Source: Pelagomonas calceolata
Taxonomy: Eukaryota
NCBI GenBank assembly: GCA_918797485.1
Contig: CAKKNE010000003.1
Coordinates: 1,116,001 to 1,180,000, forward strand
DNA length: 64,000 bases
Direction of reading: 5' to 3'
Shown here piece after piece: positions 47,868-58,058 of the stretch. A program made the position numbers and the translations under genes. Position 1 is the stretch's first letter. The number at the start of each line of letters is the position of its first letter. The notes beneath the pieces were generated by a model. It saw only the letters and a program-made list of their open reading frames with translations. It made no database searches and had not been told where the DNA came from.

Positions 47868-50159
47868 ATGCCAGGGCCCTCCCCGACCGAGAAGTTCCTG
47901 GCCGCGGCCATGGCCGTCGCCGAAGACGCGCCGCCGCCGCGCCAGGACGCCGAGGGCCACGCCTTCGAATACGTGGACGCTATTATAACACGGCCCGCGA
48001 CCGGTATGGAAATGGCCGTCGAGCTGCAAGACAACAAGACGGCGGTGCTGACCGTGGCCACGGTCTGGCCCGTGTCCGAGGGCCATGGTATTGTCAAGGC
48101 CACCGATGTGCTCGCTAGGATCAACGGCGTCCCGCTCACGGATTTGCTGCGGGAGGTCGGTTTGGAGCTGCCCGTGGACTTTCCGCTCGTCAAGCGCTAC
48201 GTGCGAGCTCGGCCTAGGCCCGTCACACTCACGTTCCGGACGAGAGCGGGCCGCGACTTCGTCCAGAGTTACCAGGACTCCATCCATGACAGAATAAAGC
48301 GCGTCGTGCGCAAGTGGCGACTGAGGGTCGCCGCGCGGAAGGCGGACGACGTGCCGCCCCTCGTCGACAGCACTGCTCACGACGACGACGCGCGCTCGGC
48401 GGCGTCCGACGAGTCCTGGGCCACCGAGGCGAGCGAGGCGGTGGCACAGCCGCGGCGGAAGAAGCGGGGTTCGAAGCGCCATGTCTGCCCGACGACGATG
48501 CCGCCGCCGCGGACGTCGCCGCATCGCAAGCGACCGAGCGTCAAAGCAGCTGCCACAGCCAAGGCCGAACGCGAGGCCGCCGAAGCGAAGACCACTGAGG
48601 AGAAGCGCCAGCGTGAGGCCGCCGCCGAAGCGGAGCGGAGACGCGCCGCCGCCGTCGCCGCCGCTGAGGAGAAGCGGCAACGCGAGGCTGCCGCCAACGC
48701 CGAACGCGAGGCGGCCGAAGCGAAGGCCGCCGAGGAGAGGCAACAACGCGAGGCCGCAGAGACCGAGCGGAGGCGCGCGGCCGCCGCCGCCGAGGAGAAG
48801 CGGCAACGGGAGGCCACCGCTGAGGCGGAGCGCCGCGCAGCCGCCGAAGCTGAGGGGAAGCGCCAGCGCGCCGCCGCCGCAGCTGAGAGGAAGCGCCAGC
48901 GCGAGGCGGCGATCGCGGACGAGAAACGGCGCGCCGCGGCCGCACAGGCCGGCGCAGAGAAAAGCCCCAAGAAGAAGTCCGCCGCGGCTGCCCTCTTCCC
49001 CGCCGCCACTGTAGATGATGATGACGCGTCCCCGGCCCGGGGAACGACGCCGCTCGACGCCGCGGAGCCCGCGAGCCCGCCCGACGTGGCGGCGTCGCCG
49101 TTCCTGGCGACGCTCGAGCAGTTCCACGCCTCGGCCACGGCGCCGGCGCCGCGCTCGCCGCCCGTCGCGCGCCGGCAGGCGCCACCGCCGCCGCCGCCCG
49201 TCGCACTGCAGCCTGCCGTTGTCGTCGCGCCGCCGCCACCGCCAGCACAATCGCAATCGCCGCCCGACGCCGTCGTCGACGCGGCGCCGCCTCCGCCGCC
49301 ACCGCCTGCACGACCGCAACCGCCGCCCGACGCCGTCGTCGACGCGGCGCCGCCTCCGCCACCGCCCATCGAGCCGCCAACGCCGCCGCTGGCGGCCTAC
49401 GACGTGGGTAAAGCGCAGCCGCCGCTGTCCGTCTACCCGCGGTCGCCGCCGCCCGCGCGCGCGCCGCCCGTCGCGCTGCCGCCGCGGTCGCCGCCACGGA
49501 GCGCGCCGACGACGCCGCGGCGCCGCCAAAGCAGCACATTGCGGTCGCCGCCCAGGAGCCCGACGACACCGCGCCGCCAAAGCGGCACCGCAATGTTCCG
49601 CGCCAAGCCGGCGCCGCCGTCGCCGACCGCGATGGGCGGGCGCCGAAGCTCCGTGCCCGCGGCGCCGCGCGCTTCTTTCTCAGCGAAGCCCGCGCCGACG
49701 TCGCCGCGAGACGCGTCGCGTTCAGCGCGCCGCGAGTCGCGGGAGTCCGCCAAACTGGCGCGGCGGGCCGCCGCGGAGGAAGCCGCGGCGCGGAGGCGTG
49801 GTTGTGTGCACAAGTCGGCCGCGAGGCGCCGCGCGTCGGCGCGCCGCCTGTCCGCTACTGCGACGCCACCTGCGCGTCGGCCGTCCCAAGTCCGGGACCT
49901 CGAGGAACGCGTCGCGCGCGAAAGGGCCGCCGTCGAGCGCCTCCGCGCAAAGGTCGCGGCGCCGTCGGCGCTCGACGAGCAACGTGCGGATCTCGACGCA
50001 GCCCGTCGCGGCGTTGCGGCACTGCGGGACGCGGTACGCGTTCGGCCTGTCGCAGCGGTCACTCTCGCCGCCCCGGACTCGGACGACGACCTATATCCCG
50101 CCGGGCTCGACTGGGTAGAGCCCTTGCTGGTGCGGGGGGAGGTGGTTGGTAATTCGTAG
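47868..50159 (+). CDS. Hypothetical protein: PDZ-like N-terminus, charged repeat coil, Pro-rich region
   Basis: VKATDVLARINGVPL...RPVTLTFR (PDZ-like); EEKRQREAAAEAERR repeats; duplicated PPDAVVDAAPPPPPP. Confidence 0.65.
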   Translation: MPGPSPTEKFLAAAMAVAEDAPPPRQDAEGHAFEYVDAIITRPATGMEMAVELQDNKTAVLTVATVWPVSEGHGIVKATDVLARINGVPLTDLLREVGLELPVDFPLVKRYVRARPRPVTLTFRTRAGRDFVQSYQDSIHDRIKRVVRKWRLRVAARKADDVPPLVDSTAHDDDARSAASDESWATEASEAVAQPRRKKRGSKRHVCPTTMPPPRTSPHRKRPSVKAAATAKAEREAAEAKTTEEKRQREAAAEAERRRAAAVAAAEEKRQREAAANAEREAAEAKAAEERQQREAAETERRRAAAAAEEKRQREATAEAERRAAAEAEGKRQRAAAAAERKRQREAAIADEKRRAAAAQAGAEKSPKKKSAAAALFPAATVDDDDASPARGTTPLDAAEPASPPDVAASPFLATLEQFHASATAPAPRSPPVARRQAPPPPPPVALQPAVVVAPPPPPAQSQSPPDAVVDAAPPPPPPPARPQPPPDAVVDAAPPPPPPIEPPTPPLAAYDVGKAQPPLSVYPRSPPPARAPPVALPPRSPPRSAPTTPRRRQSSTLRSPPRSPTTPRRQSGTAMFRAKPAPPSPTAMGGRRSSVPAAPRASFSAKPAPTSPRDASRSARRESRESAKLARRAAAEEAAARRRGCVHKSAARRRASARRLSATATPPARRPSQVRDLEERVARERAAVERLRAKVAAPSALDEQRADLDAARRGVAALRDAVRVRPVAAVTLAAPDSDDDLYPAGLDWVEPLLVRGEVVGNS

Positions 50160-50494
50160 AACTATGTCCTGCGTCTTTTTTTCTGTTAATGAACACTATC
50201 TATCAGCTTGCATCATATTAGCCCGCGAAACCCGTTTAGTAGATTAAAACAGAATCGACAAAAAAAGTTTGCCAGAGACGCAAGGAAGCACAACCACAGT
50301 GTCTCATCTCGCCGGTTCATCGCATGAGACCGACATACTCGGCCAGTCGCAGAAACGCGCGAGTCGAGACCGAAAAACCGCCCTGAATCAATCATTTACA
50401 ATGTTAACAAATCCACAGGTCATTAACGCCTACGCCTGTCGTCGCGAACGTATCGTCGTCGACAATCGATCACCTTAGCGTAGCAATCAGGAGG

Positions 50495-50879
50495 ATGGCG
50501 GAGAACGATATCGAACACTTCATCGAGACGATCCGCCACGACGAGACGCTCACGCGCCTCCAGAACGGCCAGCACACCGGACCCGTGACGTCGCAGATGT
50601 GCAAGGACCTCGCCGCGCGCATCGATGCGACGGGCCTCAACGTTGATCTGTCCAAGCTCCCGGTCGCGTGCTCGGGCAAACACGCCGAAGCCGTCTCCGA
50701 GGCCATCAAGATGCGCCGCCGCAACACGATCCAGCGCGACGCGATGCACGCCCAGGTACGAAACCGGCGTCCTCGCTATCAAGGAATGCCGCGTCGAACC
50801 CCCGGGAAGATATCGCACCAAATCCACGCCATCGACGCAGGTCAAAGACGAGCACATCGAGCACCACGTCCACGCGTGA
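50495..50879 (+). CDS. Small hypothetical protein, 99 aa; exons 50495-50755 and 50841-50879
   Basis: CAG|GTACGA donor and GCAG|GTC acceptor (85-nt intron, phase 0) give ...DAMHAQVKDEHIEHHVHA*; the intron carries the introner core CCACGCCATCGACGC. Confidence 0.62.
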
Positions 50880-50931
50880 GCGTGAGCGACGAAGAACCCC
50901 CTGACTCCCTTGTAAAACAACACAACATTAA

Positions 50932-51804
50932 TCAAAGCACCGCGTCACGGAGCTGCTTCTGCCGCGCCGCGTCCACGCCGCACGTCTCAAGGTAGGCCGC
51001 GGGCGAGCCGTGGTTTTTATCGATCCAGTCCAGGGCGGCCTCGATGGCAGCCGCGGGACTCCCGCGGAAGCGGCCCCAGTCCACTCCGCCGCTCGAAGGA
51101 GGCCGCGGCTCGTCGGCGACCCCCGGCGCGTCGTCGCCGCCGAGCAAGGCGCCCGACGCCGCGTAGCCGTTGACAATCTCCGCACGCGGGACCTCGCAAA
51201 TAGACTCGACGAGCGCCGCGACGAGCCCCGTCCGGTCCTTCCCCTTGGCGCAATGGAAGACGACAGCTTCGTCCCTGAGCGCGCACGCGATGACGTCGTC
51301 GACGGCGCGGCCCACCTCTTCAGGAGCACTCGCCAAGATGCACGTGTAGAGCATCGCCAGTCCCCCGTCCTCGAGGGCCCGCGAGAGCGCCTCGTCGAGC
51401 GGCCTCGAGGACCACAGCATCGCTATTTGCGGAAGAATGGGCAGGGGCGGTGCCTGATCGGCGACCGCACCCCAGAATCCAGTGATATCACCCAGGAGCG
51501 GCCGGTTGATCAGGAGCTCCTCGGCCGCTATCGATCGGTAGAAGTCCGTCGCTGCGGCTGTCCGGTTCGCACGGCCCTTTCCTATCTCGTCGTCATTGCG
51601 CAAATCAATAACACGACCGAGGCGTTTGCCTTCGATCGATGCCAGCGCGATCACGTCGGCTGGCGTCGCGCCGTCGAGGGCCGCACACCGGTACACTGGT
51701 AAGGATGACGCCGCGCCGCGCAGTCTTCGGAAATTCTTGATGCCTTGCAGGCTGATTGATGCCGCTGTCGCGACGACGGCGACGAGGCGACGTGCAATCA
51801 TCAT
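50932..51804 (-). CDS. Tyrosine/lipid phosphatase (Y_phosphatase3, PtpB/IphP-like)
   Basis: IKNFRRL, VIDLRNDDE, VVFHCAKGKDRTG P-loop. Confidence 0.88.
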   Translation of the reverse strand: MMIARRLVAVVATAASISLQGIKNFRRLRGAASSLPVYRCAALDGATPADVIALASIEGKRLGRVIDLRNDDEIGKGRANRTAAATDFYRSIAAEELLINRPLLGDITGFWGAVADQAPPLPILPQIAMLWSSRPLDEALSRALEDGGLAMLYTCILASAPEEVGRAVDDVIACALRDEAVVFHCAKGKDRTGLVAALVESICEVPRAEIVNGYAASGALLGGDDAPGVADEPRPPSSGGVDWGRFRGSPAAAIEAALDWIDKNHGSPAAYLETCGVDAARQKQLRDAVL

Positions 51805-52016
51805 TGATAGAGCTGGTGCTCGCGAGCCTTGCAGGCTGCACCACAGGCTGCTGCACGCAGTGCTGGCACACAACTGCAGCTTCTCGGAGACAATTTGATT
51901 TACAAAAGCGATCCCGCGCGATCGATTCTGTATACGTGCGACTTGAATGCAGCGGTAGCGTGACCGATTGCAGCCGCACACGCTGCGCTGGCCACACTGT
52001 GGCTTGCTCCTAGTCG

Positions 52017-52039
52017 CCTAGTGTCTTACGACCGCTAGG
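52017..52039 (-). promoter_or_regulatory. Recurrent intergenic motif, reverse orientation
   Basis: CCTAGTGTCTTAC-GAC-CGCTAGG, upstream of the minus-strand phosphatase. Confidence 0.5.
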
Positions 52040-52166
52040 TGACTCGCGGCACAGCATCGCCGAGCTCATGAACAGGAGGCCCGAGTTGGCGCCTCGGAGA
52101 AGATGAATTGGCAGAAGTGGTTTAACTATTAAGGTGAGGGGTCCAGGAGGAGGGGGAGCGACGGCG

Positions 52167-52637
52167 TCAAAACGCCCGGAGGAGCCAGAGGAGCCAGTCG
52201 TCGCGGCGGGGGTGGTGGTACTTCCGCGCGGGCGTCGGGCAGTCGGCGGCGTCCGCAACTTGCACGACGCCGCACAACGTCGACGCGCACTTGGTCTCGT
52301 CGAACGCGCCGGGCAGCTCCACCACGTCGTCGTCCAGGTCCACGTCGTCGTCCACGCACCAGCCGAGGTCCTGGTCGAAGGCCTTGGCGCCGGAGAACAT
52401 CCGGTCCATACGCGTGACCTTGTCGACCCGCCAGTCGTTTAGCGGCTGGTTGAATTTCTTGGCGCCGCGGAACATGTATCTCATGTTCGTGACGCTGTGG
52501 ACCGCCCAATTACCGATGTCCTGGTCAAAAGACGAAGCTTCGTAGAACATGTACTGCATGTACTCGACGCTGTCGACCGCCCAATCACCGATGTCTTGGT
52601 TAAACGACGAGGCGCTTTGGAACATGAAGTTCATCAT
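52167..52637 (-). CDS. DUF285/BspA-like surface repeat protein, short and possibly a fragment
   Basis: Three to four repeats of M..MF..A.SFNQDIG.W.VD.V, then FDQDLGWCV. Confidence 0.65.
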   Translation of the reverse strand: MMNFMFQSASSFNQDIGDWAVDSVEYMQYMFYEASSFDQDIGNWAVHSVTNMRYMFRGAKKFNQPLNDWRVDKVTRMDRMFSGAKAFDQDLGWCVDDDVDLDDDVVELPGAFDETKCASTLCGVVQVADAADCPTPARKYHHPRRDDWLLWLLRAF

Positions 52638-52808
52638 TGTCAGGGCGCAACATTGAAGGAGCAGTAAGCCATTGTTTGGGCGGGGGGCCACCGGGGCGCG
52701 CCGTGATTGATCACACAGCGCCGAACAGTCGAGATGTTTTTGTCTTGTGGCGAGTCAATAGCGAGGGCCCGGTTTGTGCCGGGTGCTCACCGGGAAAGCA
52801 TCATGCTT

Positions 52809-52832
52809 GCTAGTGTCTTACAGGCCGCTAGC
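52809..52832 (-). promoter_or_regulatory. Recurrent intergenic motif, reverse orientation
   Basis: GCTAGTGTCTTAC-AGGC-CGCTAGC, upstream of the DUF285 ORF. Confidence 0.55.
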
Positions 52833-52960
52833 CCTCGATTACCGGAAGCGCTCGGGCAGAAGCGCTCGGGGTCATACCTGGGGTGGGCACAATAAGTGAC
52901 TTTCTCACGCGGGATTACCTAAGCGCGGGAGCCCTGGAAGTTGCACCTGAATGAACATCA

Positions 52961-53716
52961 CTACTTAGGCTCTCGAAGCACGAACGACAAGTCCGTGATC
53001 GTCCGCCCGCGGTCAAGGCCGCGGCGCTCGTACATGGTCTCCGGCCTCCACGAGGGCCGCGCGTCGACGTCGACGGAGCACATCCATCGCGCGTCGGAAG
53101 CGACTACATTTCGGACGTGCTCCGCGTACTCGTCGACATCAGTGGCGACATGCAAGAACCCGCCGGGTCGCAGGCGCGCGCTGAGCAAGTCCAGCGTGTG
53201 CGGCCGTATTATGCGGCGATGCTCGTCCTTACCGGAGCCACCCGTCGCGGGCGCGTCTTTGTTCGAGCCGCTCTTCGTCCACGGGTCCGGGAAGAAGACG
53301 CAGACCTCGTCGAAACACGGTTCTGGTTCTACATGCGCCTCCAGGAGGGCGACGGCGTCCATGCGGCAGATCTTGACGTTTTTGGCGTCGGCCTCGGCCA
53401 GACGCAGCAACGTTGCCGCCACTCCCGGCCTGTGCACTTCTACCCCGATGAATCGCGTGTCTGGTCGCGCCGCGGCCATGCTGGCGAGACTCTCGCCGTG
53501 GCCAAACCCAACATCAAGGACACAAGGCCCGGCACCTTCGAAGGTCAATGTCTCGTTCCAGGCCACGTCGACGCCGTAGCGCGGCCACAAATCGCGGAGC
53601 GCGGCCTTCTGGCGCCGCGTGCACTGCCCCTGCCTTCTTAAAAAGGTCCGCGGCGCCGTCGGCCGGCCGAGTCGAATAGCTGCCGCCGTCGCGGCTACAA
53701 CGAGGACGCGCCTCAT
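52961..53716 (-). CDS. trmB: tRNA (guanine-N7)-methyltransferase, bacterial TrmB type, probably organelle-targeted
   Basis: LDVGFGHGES, FIGVEVH, FFPDPW, HRRII, GGFLHVATD..YAEH, RPETMYERRG. Confidence 0.9.
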   Translation of the reverse strand: MRRVLVVAATAAAIRLGRPTAPRTFLRRQGQCTRRQKAALRDLWPRYGVDVAWNETLTFEGAGPCVLDVGFGHGESLASMAAARPDTRFIGVEVHRPGVAATLLRLAEADAKNVKICRMDAVALLEAHVEPEPCFDEVCVFFPDPWTKSGSNKDAPATGGSGKDEHRRIIRPHTLDLLSARLRPGGFLHVATDVDEYAEHVRNVVASDARWMCSVDVDARPSWRPETMYERRGLDRGRTITDLSFVLREPK

Positions 53717-53835
53717 TGCTCCTTCTCGACTGTTGCGACCACTATCTCTTCGATGGACCGGCCGTAGCGCACCACGACCGTGATCCAGATGGCGACGACG
53801 GGAATGAGCAGCGCGACGAGCGTCGCGGCCTGCAT
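53713..53835 (-). CDS. 40-aa single-TM micro-ORF whose stop overlaps the trmB start (ATGA)
   Basis: MQAATLVALLIPVVAIWITVVVRYGRSIEEIVVATVEKEQ*; A-rich start context AACAAACAATG. Confidence 0.5.
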   Translation of the reverse strand: MQAATLVALLIPVVAIWITVVVRYGRSIEEIVVATVEKEQ

Positions 53836-54128
53836 TGTTTGTTGTTATTTCTGCGGCGGCGTGATGACCGCTGCGGCGGCGTGTTTTGGAGCAGCGCAGC
53901 GCTATCGGCTGTAGGGTCGCTTAGAGCTCTTCGGCGCCTGGCGCGCGGTCCGGGCAAGTTTGAAAAAGTAATATGCTACCACTTGAGTGTCTAACGAGCA
54001 CCGATGGCGCGCGTTTGTGCGTTTTGGCTCGGCGCAAAATCGCAGCTAGCGTTCAGAAACATACTAGGCATCCACGAGAAATTCGCCTCGCGAGGGCATT
54101 GCATGGACCAAGGGCAGCCTCTGCGGCA

Positions 54129-56552
54129 ATGAGGCTGCTATGGCTGCTCCTCGCGAGCAGCTATCACGCGTGCGCCGACCCCGAGCTAGTAGAAGCAGCC
54201 ATCAGGCGCATGGAGGAGAGAGGCCAGCACGATTTGGTAGAGGACGTGCGACGGCGCCTCGCGGAGCAGGAGGGGAAGGAGGATGAATTTGAGCAGCACT
54301 ACGCCGCCGCCGTCCATTTACAAAGACGGGCCGAGGCCGCCGAGGCCGCTCCACAGCAGACGGGATCTGCGGACCCGCAAACGGCAGCCCTCATGGCGCA
54401 GATCCGCGCGCAGGAGGCGACGAAGCAGCAACAGCTGCCGGACGCCGGCGACGTCCTCGCCAAGATCCGGGCCTTCGAGGCCCGAAACAGCAAGCCTCAA
54501 AATGACCTCGCGGCGCTCGCCGCGTCTTTTGGAGCGGAGAAGGCCCGCGGCCCGTCGCAGGGCGTGGAAGTTGGTCATGATGCGGCGGCGCTCATGGCCC
54601 AGATCCGACGGCAGGAGGCCCAGAAGGGCGGTGCGGGCGTCGCCGGCGCCGACGACGCGGCTCAGCTCATGGCCAAGATCCGCGCGGACGAGGCGAAGAA
54701 GGGTGCCGCAGTGATGCCGGGTGGCGACGACGCCGCCGCGCTGATGGCAGCGATTCGCCAACAAGAGGCTCAATCACGAGTCACGGGCGCCGCGCCCGAC
54801 GCAGCCGCTCTTATGAAGGAGATGCAGGCATCAAGCGAAGCGGCGACGCCCGCGGCGGCGCAGCTCGTTCAGGAGCTCCAAAAGCCTCAGGAGGAGGAGG
54901 AATCGGCGACCGAGAAGGCCGCGAAGAGCGGCGACGTCGAGCTGCTCAAACAAGCGATCCGCGGCGAGGAGGCCAAGGCCAAGAAGCAGGCGAGGAGGCG
55001 CAAGGAGGGCACTGTGCCAAAAGGAGCGCGTGCGAGCGTGAGCTTTTCGTTAGAAAGACGAGCCGACTCTGTCGAGGAGGCCGGCGCGCCGATTGTTATT
55101 ACCTGGGTGTCCACCCGAGAAGACAAGAAGGAAGGCCAAGTAGCTCTATTAAACGAGGAGGCGCCCGCGGTCCAATTCAAGGCGTTAGTTGGGAGTCGTT
55201 TCAGAGCTAGGAAACAGTCGACGGGAGAACCTATCATTGATTTTGTCGTTGAATTCCGCGACGAGAACTTCACGGTGCCGGCGCCGCCGGGCACGAAACT
55301 CTATAAAGATACGCCTCCCTTACCGCCAAATGTCGAGAAATCACAAGCTTCCATCAAAGCCGGGAAGGCCCTGGCAGCCTTCGAAAAAAAATCAAGGGTG
55401 TCTCCCCCGCCGATGGTCAATCTCACGAAAACACCGAAAGCCTGCGACACCGCCGGCCTGTCGGCGGCCTTCATGGGGACGACGCAAGCTAGAGGTGGCC
55501 GCATCTTGCTTGTGTTGCGGGGCGAGGCCTTTCGGGGCCTGCACCACGGCGTCGAGGTCCTGGACGAGGGCGTATCCGTCAGAACGGCGGAGCTGAGGCG
55601 GGGTCTGGTGTGCACGCCACACTCATATAAACTACAAGAGGCCGTCTCGAAAGCGCAGATGGAGCGCATTGTGAAACCGCTTGAAAAACGCGACATGGCC
55701 GTCGACATCATTGTGGCGTCTCCCGGTTGTTCAAATGCGCCGGTCTCCGACAAAATGAAAAAAAGATGGTGGGCCGATTTGCAAAGGTGGTACGGCTCGA
55801 ATCTGAAGGAGGCGGTTCTGTTGGACGGCGTCGGTCACCGGAACCATTTGATAGAGGCGGTCGACGCCGCGTTGCGCGTATCCCAAACAGAAATCTACCG
55901 CTCCATCCTCATTTGGCGCATCGACGTCGCGCCGCTCGCTCCATTATCAGCGCCTCCAAAAAAATTTGGAGATGCGCCGACGGACTACCTCGACGCCGAT
56001 AATGATGAAATCGCGGGCGTCGGCCACGGCTACGCCTGGGCCTTTCCTGCCGCGATCTTGTCGTGCTTCCGCGCGGTGTTAGACAATTGCTGGGTCGCGG
56101 GCTCGACGGGCGACTGGGCCCACAGTTGCGCGGCACACGCGGCCGCGGCGTCGGGCCTGGCTCTGCGGCGGGGGCCCTGGTGCTACCTGAAGCCGAAGGA
56201 AACGAGGCCGTGGTTCAGTTCGGCGACCGTCGAGCAGGCCGCGGGCGCGTCCCAGCTCGCGGGCTGGCAAAGGGACCGCGGCTACAACGTGAGCGTGGGG
56301 ATGGAGGAGGTGCGGACGTGGCCCTGGCTCTGCCCGCGGCCCGCGGCGCCCGTGTCGCTAAAGGACGACGTCGACCGCGCTTTCTGTGATCATCTGGAGG
56401 CCGTCGACGAGGACCTGGATTGCGACGCCGACGAGGCCGACGCGGAGTTCTGCGCGCGGCTGCTGACGCCGGCGCTGCGCCCGGCGCTTGATGACGATAA
56501 TGTTAGGGCGCAGTTCCGGTGCGGCGGCGCGGCGCGGCGGGGGGAATTGTAA
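54129..56552 (+). CDS. Secreted hypothetical protein with internal helical repeats
   Basis: Signal peptide MRLLWLLLASSYHACA; about 6 copies of DAAALMAQIR.QEA; C-terminal RGEL resembles an ER-retention signal. Confidence 0.72.
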   Translation: MRLLWLLLASSYHACADPELVEAAIRRMEERGQHDLVEDVRRRLAEQEGKEDEFEQHYAAAVHLQRRAEAAEAAPQQTGSADPQTAALMAQIRAQEATKQQQLPDAGDVLAKIRAFEARNSKPQNDLAALAASFGAEKARGPSQGVEVGHDAAALMAQIRRQEAQKGGAGVAGADDAAQLMAKIRADEAKKGAAVMPGGDDAAALMAAIRQQEAQSRVTGAAPDAAALMKEMQASSEAATPAAAQLVQELQKPQEEEESATEKAAKSGDVELLKQAIRGEEAKAKKQARRRKEGTVPKGARASVSFSLERRADSVEEAGAPIVITWVSTREDKKEGQVALLNEEAPAVQFKALVGSRFRARKQSTGEPIIDFVVEFRDENFTVPAPPGTKLYKDTPPLPPNVEKSQASIKAGKALAAFEKKSRVSPPPMVNLTKTPKACDTAGLSAAFMGTTQARGGRILLVLRGEAFRGLHHGVEVLDEGVSVRTAELRRGLVCTPHSYKLQEAVSKAQMERIVKPLEKRDMAVDIIVASPGCSNAPVSDKMKKRWWADLQRWYGSNLKEAVLLDGVGHRNHLIEAVDAALRVSQTEIYRSILIWRIDVAPLAPLSAPPKKFGDAPTDYLDADNDEIAGVGHGYAWAFPAAILSCFRAVLDNCWVAGSTGDWAHSCAAHAAAASGLALRRGPWCYLKPKETRPWFSSATVEQAAGASQLAGWQRDRGYNVSVGMEEVRTWPWLCPRPAAPVSLKDDVDRAFCDHLEAVDEDLDCDADEADAEFCARLLTPALRPALDDDNVRAQFRCGGAARRGEL

Positions 56553-56769
56553 TGTTGTTCTTATGCGGATTCTACGAATTGGTTTGCGTGCGCGGGGCAG
56601 GTGCAGTAGATGATGATATAAGTTGAGTGACTTTTTACACCACTTTTTTGATTTTAGATCATCATCGGCGTCGCACGGGACAAAGTGTCTTAGAGGCCGC
56701 TAGTCTTGGCGTCGCGCGATGATTCTGCGCGATGATTATACGTTCTCGATCGATTATACTCAAGCATCG

Positions 56770-57201
56770 TCAGCGGCGCCAGCGTTCTCGACGGCGTCCG
56801 GGGGAGCAGCCGCGTCGCCGACCGTGCCCGGGACCGGGTCCTCTGTAATCGCCCGCCGGGCTCTGCAGGCGCAATTCCATGGCGAGCGGAATCTCGCCAT
56901 CGAGGGAATCATAGTTTACCTCGATGGCGGCGTACGGCGAGAGATCGACGTCGTCCAGTGTCCGTTCCAGACCGACGACTCCATAGGATGCGCCGACGGC
57001 GGCATCAAGCTGTCCTTTGACAAAGAGCTCTCTATTGGCGCCCGTGACGTAAAATGATTCAACGTTGATGTGAGCTTGGTCGTTCGACCACGCGCGCCAG
57101 GGCAGAGCGTCATACGACCAGTCGTCTAGGTTGAGGGCGGGACCGCCGTGGGCGACGACGGCCAGCGCGAACACGAGTAGGCGCAGCGAGGGGCGGAGCA
57201 T
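56770..57201 (-). CDS. Signal-peptide protein with CIA30/CBM-like start, possibly truncated
   Basis: MLRPSLRLLVFALAVVAHG...WRAWSND...VDLSPYAAIEV; composition becomes non-protein-like near 56840. Confidence 0.45.
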   Translation of the reverse strand: MLRPSLRLLVFALAVVAHGGPALNLDDWSYDALPWRAWSNDQAHINVESFYVTGANRELFVKGQLDAAVGASYGVVGLERTLDDVDLSPYAAIEVNYDSLDGEIPLAMELRLQSPAGDYRGPGPGHGRRRGCSPGRRRERWRR

Positions 57202-57436
57202 GGCTCAGGGTTCAGACGCGAGGTTTCCACACGTCGCGTCGTCGTAGCGTTTGGCCAGTTAGGACCGCGCGAGCCGCTGAATGAAACTCTCTACTCAGTC
57301 CAGAGGCAAACTTGTTCATTTGCAGTTCTGAGGTATGCGGCTCAGGACTCAGGACTCGAAGACCGACGTAACTCCACAATGAGCCGCTGGGGAGTTACTG
57401 CCCGCTGTGTTGTTTCGCTTGTCTTGCTAGGCAATC

Positions 57437-57460
57437 CCTAGTGTCTTACTGGCCGCTAGC
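57437..57460 (-). promoter_or_regulatory. Recurrent intergenic motif, reverse orientation
   Basis: CCTAGTGTCTTAC-TGGC-CGCTAGC. Confidence 0.55.
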
Positions 57461-57548
57461 GATTCCTCGCCCGGAGCCCTCAAGCCACCGGTCCTGGGCC
57501 ATCTTTAGCATTCCCCCCCGTCTAAGTTATGTCCCTCACACACGCGGT

Positions 57549-57872
57549 CTAATTCGCGGGGGTAGCGGCTTCGACGGCGCCCGTTTGTACCACGGCATCG
57601 TCTGTGTATGGGATCGTCTTCCGCCGCCTGCGGAATAAGCGGCAAACTTCGACGAAGCCGTAGGCGCAGAGGCACCTGTGTGGAAATGAAGAGTGGCCGA
57701 CGTGTCACGGGTTGATGACGCAGGGAGCACACGTACACCAAGCACTACACACAATCAGATAACACACGACGACCGTCGTGACGCAACGCGACGAGGCCTC
57801 TTCGCATCTCGACCTGCGGAAGCCTTGCGTGCCGACGACCAAGGCGGAAAATAGCCACGTCGGATGGTGCAT
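57549..57872 (-). CDS. Putative small single-TM protein (about 86 aa) with introner-type intron 57676-57738 (donor uncertain)
   Basis: Acceptor ATTTCCACACAG matches the family TIR; splicing gives ...VVVCYLIVCSAWCLCAYGFVEVCRLFRRRRK (TM plus basic stop-transfer). Confidence 0.45.
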
Positions 57873-58058
57873 GGCTCAGATTTTAATGATGATGTTTTGA
57901 TGATAGAAGGCAAAAAGTTGATTCAATTTGCAGGAAACAGATTAGTCTTGCACGTTCAGGCGCCCCGCAGTGCACCAATGTGACCGAATCAATCCCCTGA
58001 ACGCGCAGACCACTCACTATCGGCGTTAGCATGTCGTGCGGAGTTGCTTGAGTCTAGA

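Noticed and set aside
48540..48950. Charged repeat similar to the kinase-receptor linker
   Set aside because: Similarity is compositional (E/K/R/A helix); no extended exact match or shared flanking domain was seen.
52167..53716. Bacterial-looking genes (DUF285, trmB) as a bacterial insert or contamination
   Set aside because: Host-like composition, targeting-like N-terminus on TrmB and the same intergenic motif as neighbours indicate integrated nuclear genes.
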